A stretch of DNA of 64,000 nt from Acidobacteriota bacterium. Its GTDB lineage: Bacteria; Acidobacteriota; UBA890; WLXD01. The notes beneath the pieces were generated by a model. That model worked only from the letters and a program-made list of their open reading frames with translations. It was not told the DNA's origin and ran no database searches. A program made the position numbers and the translations under genes. The stretch spans positions 704,001 through 768,000 of the forward strand of contig CBDFKD010000002.1 of NCBI GenBank assembly GCA_965248695.1, given 5' to 3'. Below, piece by piece: positions 51,214-62,611 of the stretch; position 1 is the stretch's first letter, and the number at the start of each line of letters is the position of its first letter.

Positions 51214-51896
51214 TCTGACTCCGGCTGTTCGTCGCGACGGTTCGGTCCGACGGTGATTTCGGTAATGTGGAGGCTCAATTCCGCACCGGCACGCAATCCG
51301 ATGGTTCCTCCCACACTCACCTTCGTCCGCGGCACTTCGGCGACCTTCTCGTCGTTGACGTAGAAAGCGACTATCTCGTCCTTCGCGTCGATCGCAAGGA
51401 CGTTCTTTGCCGTTCCCTCAGGCGGTTCGGCGAGCCTCACGATGCCGGCGTGTTCGGTCCAGGGGACCGTCGCGCGAACCCCGTCGGGGGTGTGCTCGGC
51501 GACCCGGAAGCGTCCGTCATTGCGAATCTGGAACGAGGCGTAGGATGCCTGACCGTCGAGGTCTTGCCCGCCGAAGAACACCCCGTAAGCTGTGTCGACG
51601 GCATTGGCGCCATCGTCGCTGGGCGCGAACAAGAAAACCGTGCTGGTGATGCTGTAGTTGCCGGTAGCGAAGCTGGCCGGATCCCAGATCAGCCCAGCGG
51701 CCCCCGGGTGAACATGCCAGCCGGGGCGCATCACCACGAAGCCGCGCTCGACAGCCATGGCGTAGCCGTCGGCACGCGTTTCCCAGTGCGGCGGACGCTC
51801 GGAGTTGTGTCCCGACTGGGCGGGTGTTGCGGGTGTCGCGGTGCTCAGCACAGCTGTCAGGGCAACAAGGATCGTTGGCGCGCGTCTCATTGGCAT
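51210..51896 (-). CDS. Hypothetical exported protein
   Basis: Signal peptide, beta-rich; translationally coupled to the downstream gene. Confidence 0.65.
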
Positions 51897-51905
51897 GCCT
51901 CTGAC

Positions 51906-52754
51906 TCAGTGCCAGGTCACTTCCATCGCGAAGAAGTGATCGAACACCTGTCGGTTCGGGTGGTTGGCGTCGTTGCGCTCCGGACTGCGGATGAAGAAGT
52001 CGATCTGCTGGACCGCCGGGTTCACCGCCCCAGCTTCCACTCTTGGATCGTCCGGGGAGTAGGAAGTGCGCAACGTGTCGCGGTCGCGCATGCCCTGCGT
52101 GACCATGAAGTGGATTTGGTAGTCTTCGTACAGCGGCTCGCCGTTCAGAGTCGCCGAACCCGTGCCCCAGCCCGCCACGAAGAGCAGGCTCTTAGGCCAG
52201 TTGGCGTCGCCGCAGCCGGCGCTGCCGTGCTCGAACAGGTACGCGGCGATACCGCCATCCTGGCACGGTGAGAATTCCTCGAACTGTTCGAGATCGATCA
52301 CGTACGGGCCTTCCGGCAACTCCAGCTCGGCGCGGAACGCGCCGGTGTTGGCGATTTCGTCGACGTCGATCGAGACGGTCCCTCCAACCGGACGAACGGT
52401 GCTGCCGTCGTCGCCCATGTGGTCCCAGGGCGCTTCGTCCGACAGGGTGCCAACCTGGTGCACCCGGCCGCCGGTGAGGATGAAGCGACCGTCGTAGAGG
52501 TCGTGCTGGGCGGGTGCATACAAGCCCATCTCGGTGCCTGGCTGGTGCCGGGGGCCTCGTTCCGGCTCGGCTGGCGCGGGCGGCGGGGCCGGTGGCGATG
52601 CGCACGACACGGAAGCGATCAGCAGGCCGGTCATCAACGCGACAGTTCGGGTGGCGCAGCTGCCGGCGACCGAATGCAATGTCCGGGAGCGATCTTTCTT
52701 GGTTCCGGGTACAGCATGTGACACTGAGGTGGAACGCGCTTCGGGGCTACTCAT
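51906..52754 (-). CDS. Hypothetical lipoprotein
   Basis: Lipobox-like SVSC followed by a Pro-rich linker; IHFMVTQGMRD motif; start uncertain. Confidence 0.6.
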   Translation of the reverse strand: MSSPEARSTSVSHAVPGTKKDRSRTLHSVAGSCATRTVALMTGLLIASVSCASPPAPPPAPAEPERGPRHQPGTEMGLYAPAQHDLYDGRFILTGGRVHQVGTLSDEAPWDHMGDDGSTVRPVGGTVSIDVDEIANTGAFRAELELPEGPYVIDLEQFEEFSPCQDGGIAAYLFEHGSAGCGDANWPKSLLFVAGWGTGSATLNGEPLYEDYQIHFMVTQGMRDRDTLRTSYSPDDPRVEAGAVNPAVQQIDFFIRSPERNDANHPNRQVFDHFFAMEVTWH

Positions 52755-54369
52755 TCAGAAGCTCCGCGATTTCCTGGTGCCCGGCGCGCGCCGCCTGCGC
52801 CGCCGGCTGTGCCCAGGGATGCTGGTCAGGCGACGTGGGATCGGCACCATTCTGCAACAGCAACGTCACCATGTCCGCCATGCCGCAGCGTGCCGCCGTT
52901 GCCAGGGGCGTGCCGCCTTGCAGGAGCTCGGTACCGTCGGTCGGCGTGCCGTGCTCCAGTGCGAACTTGGCGATGTCGACGTTTCCGAACCTGGCGCAGT
53001 AGTGCAGCAACGTGGCGCCGCGCCAATCACCGCGGCGGATATCGAAACCGTGCTCGATCAGCCGGTCGAGCGTCTGCCGCGTCGCCACGAACGCTGGCGC
53101 GCCGGGTCTGAAGATCCAGCCGTCGAGCAGGGCGGGCACATCCGGCGAGCGCTCGATCAGCAGATCGAGAAGCTCGACATCGTCCTTCTCGAGTACGTCG
53201 GTCCATAGCGTTTCCTGGTCATCGAAGCGGTAGCCGGACTGCAGTGCGTCGCGTAGCTCATCGGCGGACATTTGCCAGCTCGCCGGCTCGGCGCCATGCT
53301 CGCGCAGCAATGCCTGCATCTCGCCATGATCGTTCGGGTGCCTGCACGCGGCGATGTATAGACAGTCGCCCGACGAATCGACCGCGGCGTTGGGGTCGGC
53401 ACCGGCGTGCAGCAGCAAGCGTGCCTGCTGCAGGCTGTTCTGCGCCGCGGCCTGGTACAACCCTCGGCCCCGTGGCGCCTCACTCTCCGGCATGTTGGGA
53501 TCGGCGCCCAGTGACAGCAGCACCTCGGTCATCTCGAGCTTGCCACCGAGCGAGGCGTAGTAAAGCGGGCTGTGGCGTGCACTGTCGAGGCTGCTTGCGG
53601 CGTCGGGTCGGCGCTCCAGCAAGCCGCTCACGAAGTCCGTATCGCCGGCGAGGATCGCCAGCCCGAGGGGCCGCCTCGCGCCGGCGTCGAGTAGCGCTTG
53701 GATCATCTCGCGCGGCGCCAGCCGGCGCTCTTCCGGCACATCGCGCCACCAGCGAAAGTCGTAGTCGCCGTGTAGCGCCAGCATCACCGGGGACTTGCCA
53801 TCGGCACGCTCGGCGTCGATATCGGCGCCGCGCGCCAACAGTATGCTGATCAGATCCGGCTGGTGCGTCAGCGCGGCCCAGTGCATGGCGGTATTCCCGG
53901 AGCCATCGCTGCGATTCAGTTGCGCGGGATGGTCATCGAGAGCTTCCTTGATCCGGTCCGCGTCATAGGAGCGGATCGCCTCCGCGATTGCCGCGAACTC
54001 TGCCGAGTAACCGAAGCGCTCGGACATCTCGGCGCGCAGCAACTCGCCCATCTCTGTCAAATCGCGGAGCGCGGCGATCTCGAGCAGATACCTCCACTCG
54101 CCGCCTCCGAAGCAGCTGGTCGTCGGGTTCCCGTGTTCGAGCAGCGAGCGCACGATCGCCGTATGCCCTTCGCGCACCGCGAAATGGATCGGCGTTTCGT
54201 ACCAGTACTGCACGTTCGCCAGGTTGGTGTCGTCTTCGAGCAGGGACCTGACGAGCGCGTCGTCGCCGTCGACACAGGCGCAGAACATGCGCCACGCGGC
54301 GTTGCCATCGACGGTCGCAAGCCCCATACCGGTGTAGCTCTCGGTACGCATAGCCAGAGGCTGTGACAT
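52747..54369 (-). CDS. Ankyrin repeat protein
   Basis: Multiple TPIHFAVREGH, TAMHWAAL, SPLYYAS, TLLHYCARFG, TPLATAARCG repeats. Confidence 0.9.
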   Translation of the reverse strand: MSQPLAMRTESYTGMGLATVDGNAAWRMFCACVDGDDALVRSLLEDDTNLANVQYWYETPIHFAVREGHTAIVRSLLEHGNPTTSCFGGGEWRYLLEIAALRDLTEMGELLRAEMSERFGYSAEFAAIAEAIRSYDADRIKEALDDHPAQLNRSDGSGNTAMHWAALTHQPDLISILLARGADIDAERADGKSPVMLALHGDYDFRWWRDVPEERRLAPREMIQALLDAGARRPLGLAILAGDTDFVSGLLERRPDAASSLDSARHSPLYYASLGGKLEMTEVLLSLGADPNMPESEAPRGRGLYQAAAQNSLQQARLLLHAGADPNAAVDSSGDCLYIAACRHPNDHGEMQALLREHGAEPASWQMSADELRDALQSGYRFDDQETLWTDVLEKDDVELLDLLIERSPDVPALLDGWIFRPGAPAFVATRQTLDRLIEHGFDIRRGDWRGATLLHYCARFGNVDIAKFALEHGTPTDGTELLQGGTPLATAARCGMADMVTLLLQNGADPTSPDQHPWAQPAAQAARAGHQEIAELLNE

Positions 54370-54533
54370 CGACGCCGAACGCCTCACGTGCGCTTCTCAG
54401 TGCGGGACATTGGCAGTCTCCGAGTGTTCGACGACAATTCGTGCGAGCGCCTGGGCGTGGGCGTCGAGGCGCGATTGGTCCGTGTTGATTTGCATGGCTA
54501 TGGCGAGCACGGACATTCGTACGAGCCTTCGTG

Positions 54534-55037
54534 TCAAGTTCCTGCAACCTTGCTGCGACGCTCCATCAGCAGCACGTCGCGCCAGTGACCGTTCTGCTGT
54601 CCGAGCCGGTGCAGCATGCCCACCTGTCGGAATCCACACGCCGCATGCAGGCGCACGCTGGCCAGGTTCTCGGGGAAAAGGCCAGCCTGCAACGTCCACA
54701 CACCGGCGACCTCGGAAGCTTCGACTAGAGCGCCCAGTAGCGTCAACCCGACGCCTCGGCCGCGTGCGGCCGTAGCAATGTAGACGCTCACCTCGGCGAC
54801 ACCGCGGTACACCCATCGCTCGGATACCGGGCTCAGGGCGGCCCACCCGACGACAGCGCTGCGCTCGCGTGCCACCAGCCGGCAGTCACGGCGATGGTCG
54901 TTGTCCCAATCAGCCTGGGTCGGAGCCTCGGTCTCGAACGTCGCATGGCCCGTCGCGATTCCTTGACGGTAGATCGTTTGCACATCGTCCCAGTCGGTCG
55001 GCGACATCGCCTCGACGATCACCGCTTCGGAGGGCAT
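54534..55037 (-). CDS. GNAT N-acetyltransferase (phosphinothricin acetyltransferase-like)
   Basis: ATFETEAP, AEVSVY, RGRGVG, FPENLASVRLHAACGF, WRDVLLMERRS. Confidence 0.9.
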   Translation of the reverse strand: MPSEAVIVEAMSPTDWDDVQTIYRQGIATGHATFETEAPTQADWDNDHRRDCRLVARERSAVVGWAALSPVSERWVYRGVAEVSVYIATAARGRGVGLTLLGALVEASEVAGVWTLQAGLFPENLASVRLHAACGFRQVGMLHRLGQQNGHWRDVLLMERRSKVAGT

Positions 55038-55041
55038 TCCC

Positions 55042-55260
55042 TCACGCCGTTTCCGTCTTGCGCTCCCGCAGGTACAGGTAGCCGGGGAGTGCACAGGACA
55101 GGCCGATGACGAGGTTGACGATGATGTACGGAATCGGGTTCGGGCCCTTGCCGCGTTGTTGCTGCTTGGAACATGAACACCCAGAACACTGCCGAGGTGA
55201 TGAGCAGATCAGCAGAAAAGCCGCCGGCGGCACCATTGGCGAACAGTGCCGGGGAGTCTT
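55042..55260 (-). pseudogene. DUF2834-like membrane protein remnant (frameshifted, N-terminus missing)
   Basis: LFANGAAGGFSADLLITSAVFWVFM in one frame continues as PYIIVNLVIGLSCALPGYLYLRE in another. Confidence 0.6.
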
Positions 55261-55274
55261 GCTGGCGGCTCACC

Positions 55275-55703
55275 TCAGAATGTCGCACAGACGCGGGCTT
55301 CTTCCCATAGAACGGCCCGGTGGTTGAATCGTGTCTTGATCTCGGCAATGACGGCCTCGACGGCGGCGACGAACGCGGCGCGGTCGGATAGCGGGTGCAG
55401 GATGACGATCATGCGGCCCGCGCTGGTGCCGGGGCGGCCGTCTGCCCGTTCCCACCAACCGGTGGTCTCGAGCACCGACGCGCCGCCCGGGAAGTGCCGA
55501 ATGAGAACCTCGTTGACGAGCTGTTCCCAGCGCTCGTCGGCGACCGCCTCGGTGTTGCGGCCGCTCATATACAGCGCCGCGCGCAGATGGGGCTCGAGCG
55601 GCGCGGGGCAGGTCCACGGCGGCGTGTCCGCCGGAACGCTGCTTGGCGTGCTGGCGCACGCCGCCAGCAGCGGCCCGAGTGTCAAAAGGACCGCCAGGCT
55701 CAT
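55275..55703 (-). CDS. DUF3574-like lipoprotein
   Basis: Lipobox LAAC, RHFPGGASVLETTGWW, KTRFNHRAVL; ATGA overlap with the upstream gene. Confidence 0.7.
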   Translation of the reverse strand: MSLAVLLTLGPLLAACASTPSSVPADTPPWTCPAPLEPHLRAALYMSGRNTEAVADERWEQLVNEVLIRHFPGGASVLETTGWWERADGRPGTSAGRMIVILHPLSDRAAFVAAVEAVIAEIKTRFNHRAVLWEEARVCATF

Positions 55704-57397
55704 ACGTGCCATCGAGTCTCGCCGCCGACCACGGTGCGTACGATCGGGATCTCCTTGATGCCGTCCTGGTCGACGTCGTGCGGGTCAGCACCCAGGATCA
55801 CGAAGTCGGCCAGCTTGCCGACCGCGATCGAGCCCTTGGCGCTCTCCTCGAACGAGGCGTAGGCACCGTGGCTGGTGCAGATCTTCAGCGCCTGGTCGAC
55901 GCTGATGCGCTGGCTTGGTCCCCACACGCGGCCGTCGAAATCCTTGCGCGTCACCATGCTCTGGATGGCCATCAGCGGCTCGAACGGTCCCGGGGTCCAA
56001 TCGGAGGCCGGTGCCACGGGGATGTCGTAGTCCAGGAACGACCGATGGGCGAACATCCACTCCATCTTCTCCTGCCCGTATTCGACCCATTTGTGACCGT
56101 GAAAATGGGCGTAGGTATAGAACGGTGCCGGAATGACGCCGTCATCCTTGATCCGACGCAGAAGCTCCGGATTCACCAGCGAGCAGTGCTCGATGCGATG
56201 GCGCGTACCTTCGCGCGGCCACAGCTCTTGCACGCGCTCGTACGCCTTCAGCACCATGTCGATGGTGACATCGCCGTTGGCGTGGATCGCCAACTGCCAC
56301 CCGCCGCGGTGGGCGTCCTCGACTGCTGCGTGGATCTCCTCTTGCGACATCGTCAGGATGCCGAAGTCGTCGGGTCGGCCCATGTAAGGGGTGCTCATGC
56401 GCATCGTGCGCTCAGACGCTGAGCCGTCGGCGACGTACTTCACCGGACCGATCCGCACCCATTCGTTGCCCATGCCGGTGCGAATCCCGCTCGCACGGAA
56501 AGCTGGATAGGCCCCGGCGTTGGGAAACAGGTTGGCGCGGAAGCCGAGCTCGCCGGCCGCGTGGGCATCCTGGAAAGCCGTGAAATCGACCGCCGTATTC
56601 CCCGCGGCGTGCACCGAGGTCAAGCCGGTGGCGTTCATCAGCTCGGAGATCAGCTTCACCGCCGCCTGCCGCTGCTCGCGGCTCGACGGGTCGGGGAGTA
56701 GGGCCTGGAACGGGTCCAGGGCGAGCTCGGCGAGCCGGCCGGTGAGCTCGCCGCCTTCGCGGTAGATCGTCCCGCCACGGGGGTCCGGGGTGTCGATGGT
56801 GATGCCGGCAGCCTGGAACGCAGCGCTGTTGACCACCGCCGTATGCCCGCCGCGGTGGCCGACGTATACCGGATGCTCTGGCACCGCCTCGTCTAGATCA
56901 CGGCGATCCAGCGGGCGCCCCTCGCTGAGCTTGGTGTCGTCGTACATGAATCCGACGACCCACTCGCCCGGCTCGGTCTCGCGGGCTCGTTCGGAGAGCG
57001 CATCCTGAATTCGCTGAATGCTCCCGAGATTGGTGTCGACGCTGATCAACGCGGCGAGGCCTCCCCACAAGGGGTGCGAGTGCGCGTCGATGAAACCCGG
57101 AGTGACGCACATCCCTGATGCGTCGATCACCTCTGTTTCGGGGCCGACGAGGTTCGACACATCGTCGGAGCTGCCGACGGCAATGAACCGATCCCGGTGA
57201 ACAGCGAACGCCTCTGCGAGGGGTTGTCCAATGTCGCTCGTTAGCACACGCGCGTTGGTTACCACGAGATCCGGCACGCTGCTCTGCCGGGCGGGCTCCG
57301 CGTCGACACTTCTGGTGCCCGCGACGGCTGCCGTTCCGAGCCCCGCCGTTGCCGCCACACCTAGTCCGAGGAACTCAGCGCGAGTCATATCCGACAT
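55700..57397 (-). CDS. Amidohydrolase (YtcJ-like, Amidohydro_3)
   Basis: Tat-like leader, PGFIDAHSH, HANGD, RHRIEHCS, GKLADFVIL. Confidence 0.9.
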   Translation of the reverse strand: MSDMTRAEFLGLGVAATAGLGTAAVAGTRSVDAEPARQSSVPDLVVTNARVLTSDIGQPLAEAFAVHRDRFIAVGSSDDVSNLVGPETEVIDASGMCVTPGFIDAHSHPLWGGLAALISVDTNLGSIQRIQDALSERARETEPGEWVVGFMYDDTKLSEGRPLDRRDLDEAVPEHPVYVGHRGGHTAVVNSAAFQAAGITIDTPDPRGGTIYREGGELTGRLAELALDPFQALLPDPSSREQRQAAVKLISELMNATGLTSVHAAGNTAVDFTAFQDAHAAGELGFRANLFPNAGAYPAFRASGIRTGMGNEWVRIGPVKYVADGSASERTMRMSTPYMGRPDDFGILTMSQEEIHAAVEDAHRGGWQLAIHANGDVTIDMVLKAYERVQELWPREGTRHRIEHCSLVNPELLRRIKDDGVIPAPFYTYAHFHGHKWVEYGQEKMEWMFAHRSFLDYDIPVAPASDWTPGPFEPLMAIQSMVTRKDFDGRVWGPSQRISVDQALKICTSHGAYASFEESAKGSIAVGKLADFVILGADPHDVDQDGIKEIPIVRTVVGGETRWHV

Positions 57398-57553
57398 ACA
57401 AGCTCCTTACTCGATTCTCGGCGAACGAAGGACTGTCGCACATATTAGGCTGCCTCAGCCTCTCCGTTTCCGGGAGGTCGCGTCAACCGACGGCGCGGCT
57501 GCGTAGGGTAGTGTCCTGAACCACGAATCCGTTGCATTGCAGGGACGACGCTA

Positions 57554-59233
<1,680 letters not shown>

Positions 59234-59336
59234 TATGCTTACCCCCTAGGCATCTACGCCGTGAGCTCGGCAGCCGAGGCGCGTTTCCAGGCTTCCGGGG
59301 CGGTAGAAACGCAGCGCTACTGCCAAAGGGTGGACG

Positions 59337-59777
59337 GTGAGACTTCCCGACGAAGTACGCGAATCGTTCCGCAAGTACGGGCGCGATGGTGGACGCGAGC
59401 GGGCGGCACGCATGACTCCCGAGAGAAGGCGGCAGGTCGCGCGGCGCGCGGCGACCGTTCGCTGGATTCGGAGTCGTTTCGGGGCGGCGAGCTTCGACGC
59501 CCTCGGTCTGCCCGGAGGCGACATCGTCGACGCGGGCCTCCACGACCTGGCCACGGGCAGAGCTACGCCCGAGAGCTTTGCCGTATCGCTGGCGGCCCCG
59601 CGGTTACGTCGCGAAGGAGTGCCGGTAGGCGCGACAGACTCCGACCCGGAGGACAGGCTTTACGCGGAGTTGGTGGCGGTCAACTCGGATCTGGCGCATG
59701 CGCGCTACGGCGCGTGGCTGCGGCGCATGGTCTCGTTTGCCGATGCCTGCCGCGCTGCCCGCGTCGACCGCGTCTGA
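59337..59777 (+). CDS. Hypothetical protein, probable partner of the downstream nucleotidyltransferase
   Basis: GRDGGRERAARMTPERRRQVAR N-terminus; LPGGDIVDAGLHDL...AHARY...RRMVSF domain. Confidence 0.65.
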   Translation: MRLPDEVRESFRKYGRDGGRERAARMTPERRRQVARRAATVRWIRSRFGAASFDALGLPGGDIVDAGLHDLATGRATPESFAVSLAAPRLRREGVPVGATDSDPEDRLYAELVAVNSDLAHARYGAWLRRMVSFADACRAARVDRV

Positions 59778-59778
59778 C

Positions 59779-60354
59779 GTGCGGCGAGCGCTGACTCGAG
59801 CAGCGTTGCGACAGCTGATGCGGGAGCTCGCGGGCGATGCCCCGGGCGGACGCTCGTACCGGGTGTTTCTCGTTGGCGGCGGCACGGCGGTCTTCGCCGG
59901 CTGGAGAGAGGCCACGATCGACGCCGACCTTCACGCCGACGATGAAGCGGTGTTCCGCCACATTCAGCGCATCAAAGAACACCTGAAGATCAACGTCGAG
60001 TTCGTCCGGCCCGAAGACTTTGTTCCGCCACTCGCCGGCACCGAAGGTCGCCACGTGCTGCTCGAGACCATCGGACGCGTGAGCTTCTATCACTACGATC
60101 CGTACGCGCAGCTGCTATCCAAGGTTGTACGCGGCTTTCGCAAGGACATGCAGGACGCCGAGAGCTTCGTCACCAGCGGGATGGTCGACGCGGAACGATT
60201 TCGATCCCTGGTACACGAAATCCCGGAGGCAGCGTACGCCCGGTATCCGGCCCTTTCGCAACGAGCAGTCCTGGAATCCATCGATGCGTTCTTGGCCCAA
60301 CTCGCGCGGGAAGCCAGGAACCGCGGCGTTGCAAGCGACGCCGAGGATCTCTAA
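59779..60354 (+). CDS. DUF6036-like nucleotidyltransferase
   Basis: VFLVGGGTAV..GWREATIDAD (GG/DxD), LSKVVRGFRKD motif. Confidence 0.78.
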   Translation: MRRALTRAALRQLMRELAGDAPGGRSYRVFLVGGGTAVFAGWREATIDADLHADDEAVFRHIQRIKEHLKINVEFVRPEDFVPPLAGTEGRHVLLETIGRVSFYHYDPYAQLLSKVVRGFRKDMQDAESFVTSGMVDAERFRSLVHEIPEAAYARYPALSQRAVLESIDAFLAQLAREARNRGVASDAEDL

Positions 60355-60463
60355 TCGGATCTGATGGGCCCCGCGCCTACTCGACATCCTTGCACATCGA
60401 GCTTCTTCAGCAGCGTTGACGTTCCAGACCTCCATCTCTGGCGCGCCGCCGACCGCGCGCGCC
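60249..60463 (+). repeat. Left copy of an imperfect direct repeat (about 215-230 bp)
   Basis: Matches 62384-62611, about 90% identical over the first about 145 bp by eye. Confidence 0.85.
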
Positions 60464-60496
60464 ATCAACAAGCACGTCAGACCGGGCGGAAGCGAG

Positions 60497-61273
60497 TCAC
60501 TCCGCCGAGCCAATTCCAATGCGTAGGGCTTCTGCCAGTCTCCGGGTCTGCTCGACGTCGCGATGGCCGATCGCCGTCGCGATTCGGCCGGCGACCACGT
60601 CGTCGTTCCCTACGAGAGCCACGAATCGGTCCAGGTGGTCACGCTCAATCGGTGCCAGATCCAGATCCGCAATCTCGCGGCCCAGGATGAAGGGACCTGA
60701 CTGGTCGTAGCCAAGGCCGCGGTCTATGACGATGTCGGCAAAGCGCGCTTCCGGCTCCGGATAGTCGGTCAGGATGTGCGCCAGGTCCTGTAGGTCGCGG
60801 AGCCGTTGGCCGGGGCGATCCAGGTACGAAATCATTTTGAGGACGGTGATAACAGAAACCGGTGCGACACGTATCGTCAGGTCGTCTCGTGGCAGGATCT
60901 CGACCGCGTGCGCATCGACAAGGCGAAGTCCGACTGTGCTGAGGATGCGGTCCTCGCCAGGCCACCTCAAGGACGCGCTTGGCGCGCCGTCCGCTCCCAC
61001 TGGCAGCACGTCCACCCGTACATTGGATGGGGAGTACCAGCGCTGCGTGATCCGGGCGTCCTGTTTCCAGCTGTCACGGCGGTTGAGCTGCGCACTGTAA
61101 TCCTGGAGGGATGCCAGGACGGTGACGTCCAGGTCCTCGGTCAGACGCCAATCCAGCGGCAGAAAGCAGCCCAGCCCACGCGCTCCGATAAGAGCGAAGC
61201 GGTCCTTGCCCCAGCAGTCGACTAGCTCTCCCAACGTGTCCACTTGTGCGGCGTTGAGCCCGTAGGATCTCAT
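60497..61273 (-). CDS. AbiEii-like nucleotidyltransferase toxin
   Basis: LIGARG, TEDLDVTV, DVLPVG, LKMISYLDRP..RDLQD motifs. Confidence 0.78.
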   Translation of the reverse strand: MRSYGLNAAQVDTLGELVDCWGKDRFALIGARGLGCFLPLDWRLTEDLDVTVLASLQDYSAQLNRRDSWKQDARITQRWYSPSNVRVDVLPVGADGAPSASLRWPGEDRILSTVGLRLVDAHAVEILPRDDLTIRVAPVSVITVLKMISYLDRPGQRLRDLQDLAHILTDYPEPEARFADIVIDRGLGYDQSGPFILGREIADLDLAPIERDHLDRFVALVGNDDVVAGRIATAIGHRDVEQTRRLAEALRIGIGSAE

Positions 61274-62301
61274 CGCAGGTATCGCTCGTGCAGCTCCTCG
61301 GCAGCCTCCTGGGCACGTTCGTCGTGCGTCGCCAGAAGTTGTGTGTAGAGAAGCAGCGGATGCGCAACATGATCCTCGGGGCCGGCGAGGAATAGTTCAG
61401 TCGGAACGTCGAGCAGCACCAGCGGCCCGGTGGGATCTGGAAGCGCTTTGAGCTCCTTGGGCAGGTCCCGTGCCGGCCCCGTCACGCAGAGGACGGTTTC
61501 TAGGCCGCGGAAGAATCGGGTGATACGCATTGCTCCTGCGCCGCCGCCCCATGCCCAGGCGAGCTCGGGTTGAGCGATGCCGATAGCCTGCGCGATCCGG
61601 CGTTCCAGGATTTCAGGATCTTGATCGGCAGTGCGGTACCGTCCAATCAACCATTTCGGGCGCACCTGGTCCCGGTAGCCATGAACCCACCGTTCCAGGA
61701 TCGCTTGACGGTCGTGAATAGTTACTCCTGGGCGGCCCCGGAGCAGCAGTCCCTCAGCCTCCAGTTTTCGCAGGATGGTCGTAACCGTCCCCAGCGCGAC
61801 GCCGGCGTGCCGCGCCAGTTCCCGGACGGTCGCTTGAGCAGCGTCGGGCCAGGCGAGGATCGCGAACAGAACTTGGTATCCAGCGGCGCCGAGGCCTCGT
61901 CCGCGAGGTGTTTCCTTGAGGTCCGGCCGGCGTCCCTCGATGGCGGCGAAGTATCGGTCGTCGATGTTGATGCGGCAATTGCCGGCCGCGTCGACGTAGT
62001 TTATGCCGCGCTCGGCGAGCGCCTCACCGACTCCAGGGGTGATCTTGGGCGCGACAACGAGAAGGCGATATGGGTGGACACGCTCGACGCGACTACGGAG
62101 AGCCTGTGCAAGAGCATAGGTGAGGTTGGTTCTCTTGACCTCGACGGCAACATCTCTTGTTGCCCCGTCAGGCAGTTCGATCTGGAGGATCGCGTCCGCC
62201 CGGTGCGGGAGGCCTTGTTCGAGCTTGACCTGCAGGCTGCGCACGAAGGGCAGCTGTCTGAGATGGGCGAGATAATCCTCGAGTTTGGCCGGCATGTTCA
62301 T
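61270..62301 (-). CDS. AbiEi-family type IV antitoxin (DUF2186-like)
   Basis: INYVDAAGNC, wHTH TVRELARHAGVALGTV, WGGGAGA, HPLLLYTQLL..DERAQEAA. Confidence 0.8.
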   Translation of the reverse strand: MNMPAKLEDYLAHLRQLPFVRSLQVKLEQGLPHRADAILQIELPDGATRDVAVEVKRTNLTYALAQALRSRVERVHPYRLLVVAPKITPGVGEALAERGINYVDAAGNCRINIDDRYFAAIEGRRPDLKETPRGRGLGAAGYQVLFAILAWPDAAQATVRELARHAGVALGTVTTILRKLEAEGLLLRGRPGVTIHDRQAILERWVHGYRDQVRPKWLIGRYRTADQDPEILERRIAQAIGIAQPELAWAWGGGAGAMRITRFFRGLETVLCVTGPARDLPKELKALPDPTGPLVLLDVPTELFLAGPEDHVAHPLLLYTQLLATHDERAQEAAEELHERYLR

Positions 62302-62383
62302 GATAATAATATGAACAGTAGTACTGAACTAAGTATTAATTTGTACGGATACCCATCCTCCAAACTGAATCGGGCTCAAATCT

Positions 62384-62611
62384 GGCCCTTTCGCAACGAG
62401 CGGTCCTCGAAGCCATCGATGCGTTCTTGGCCCAACTCGGGCGGGAAAGCCAGGAACCGTGGCCTTGCAAGCGACGCCGAGGATCGCTAATCGGATCTGA
62501 TGGGCCCGGGCCTACTCGACGTCCTTGCTCAGCACAGCGATCTTCTTAAGGAGCACAGCACCGTTGACGTTCCACACCCGCACCTCGGGTTGGCCGCCGA
62601 CCGTGCGTGCC
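62384..62611 (+). repeat. Right copy of the imperfect direct repeat
   Basis: Matches 60249-60463. Confidence 0.85.
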
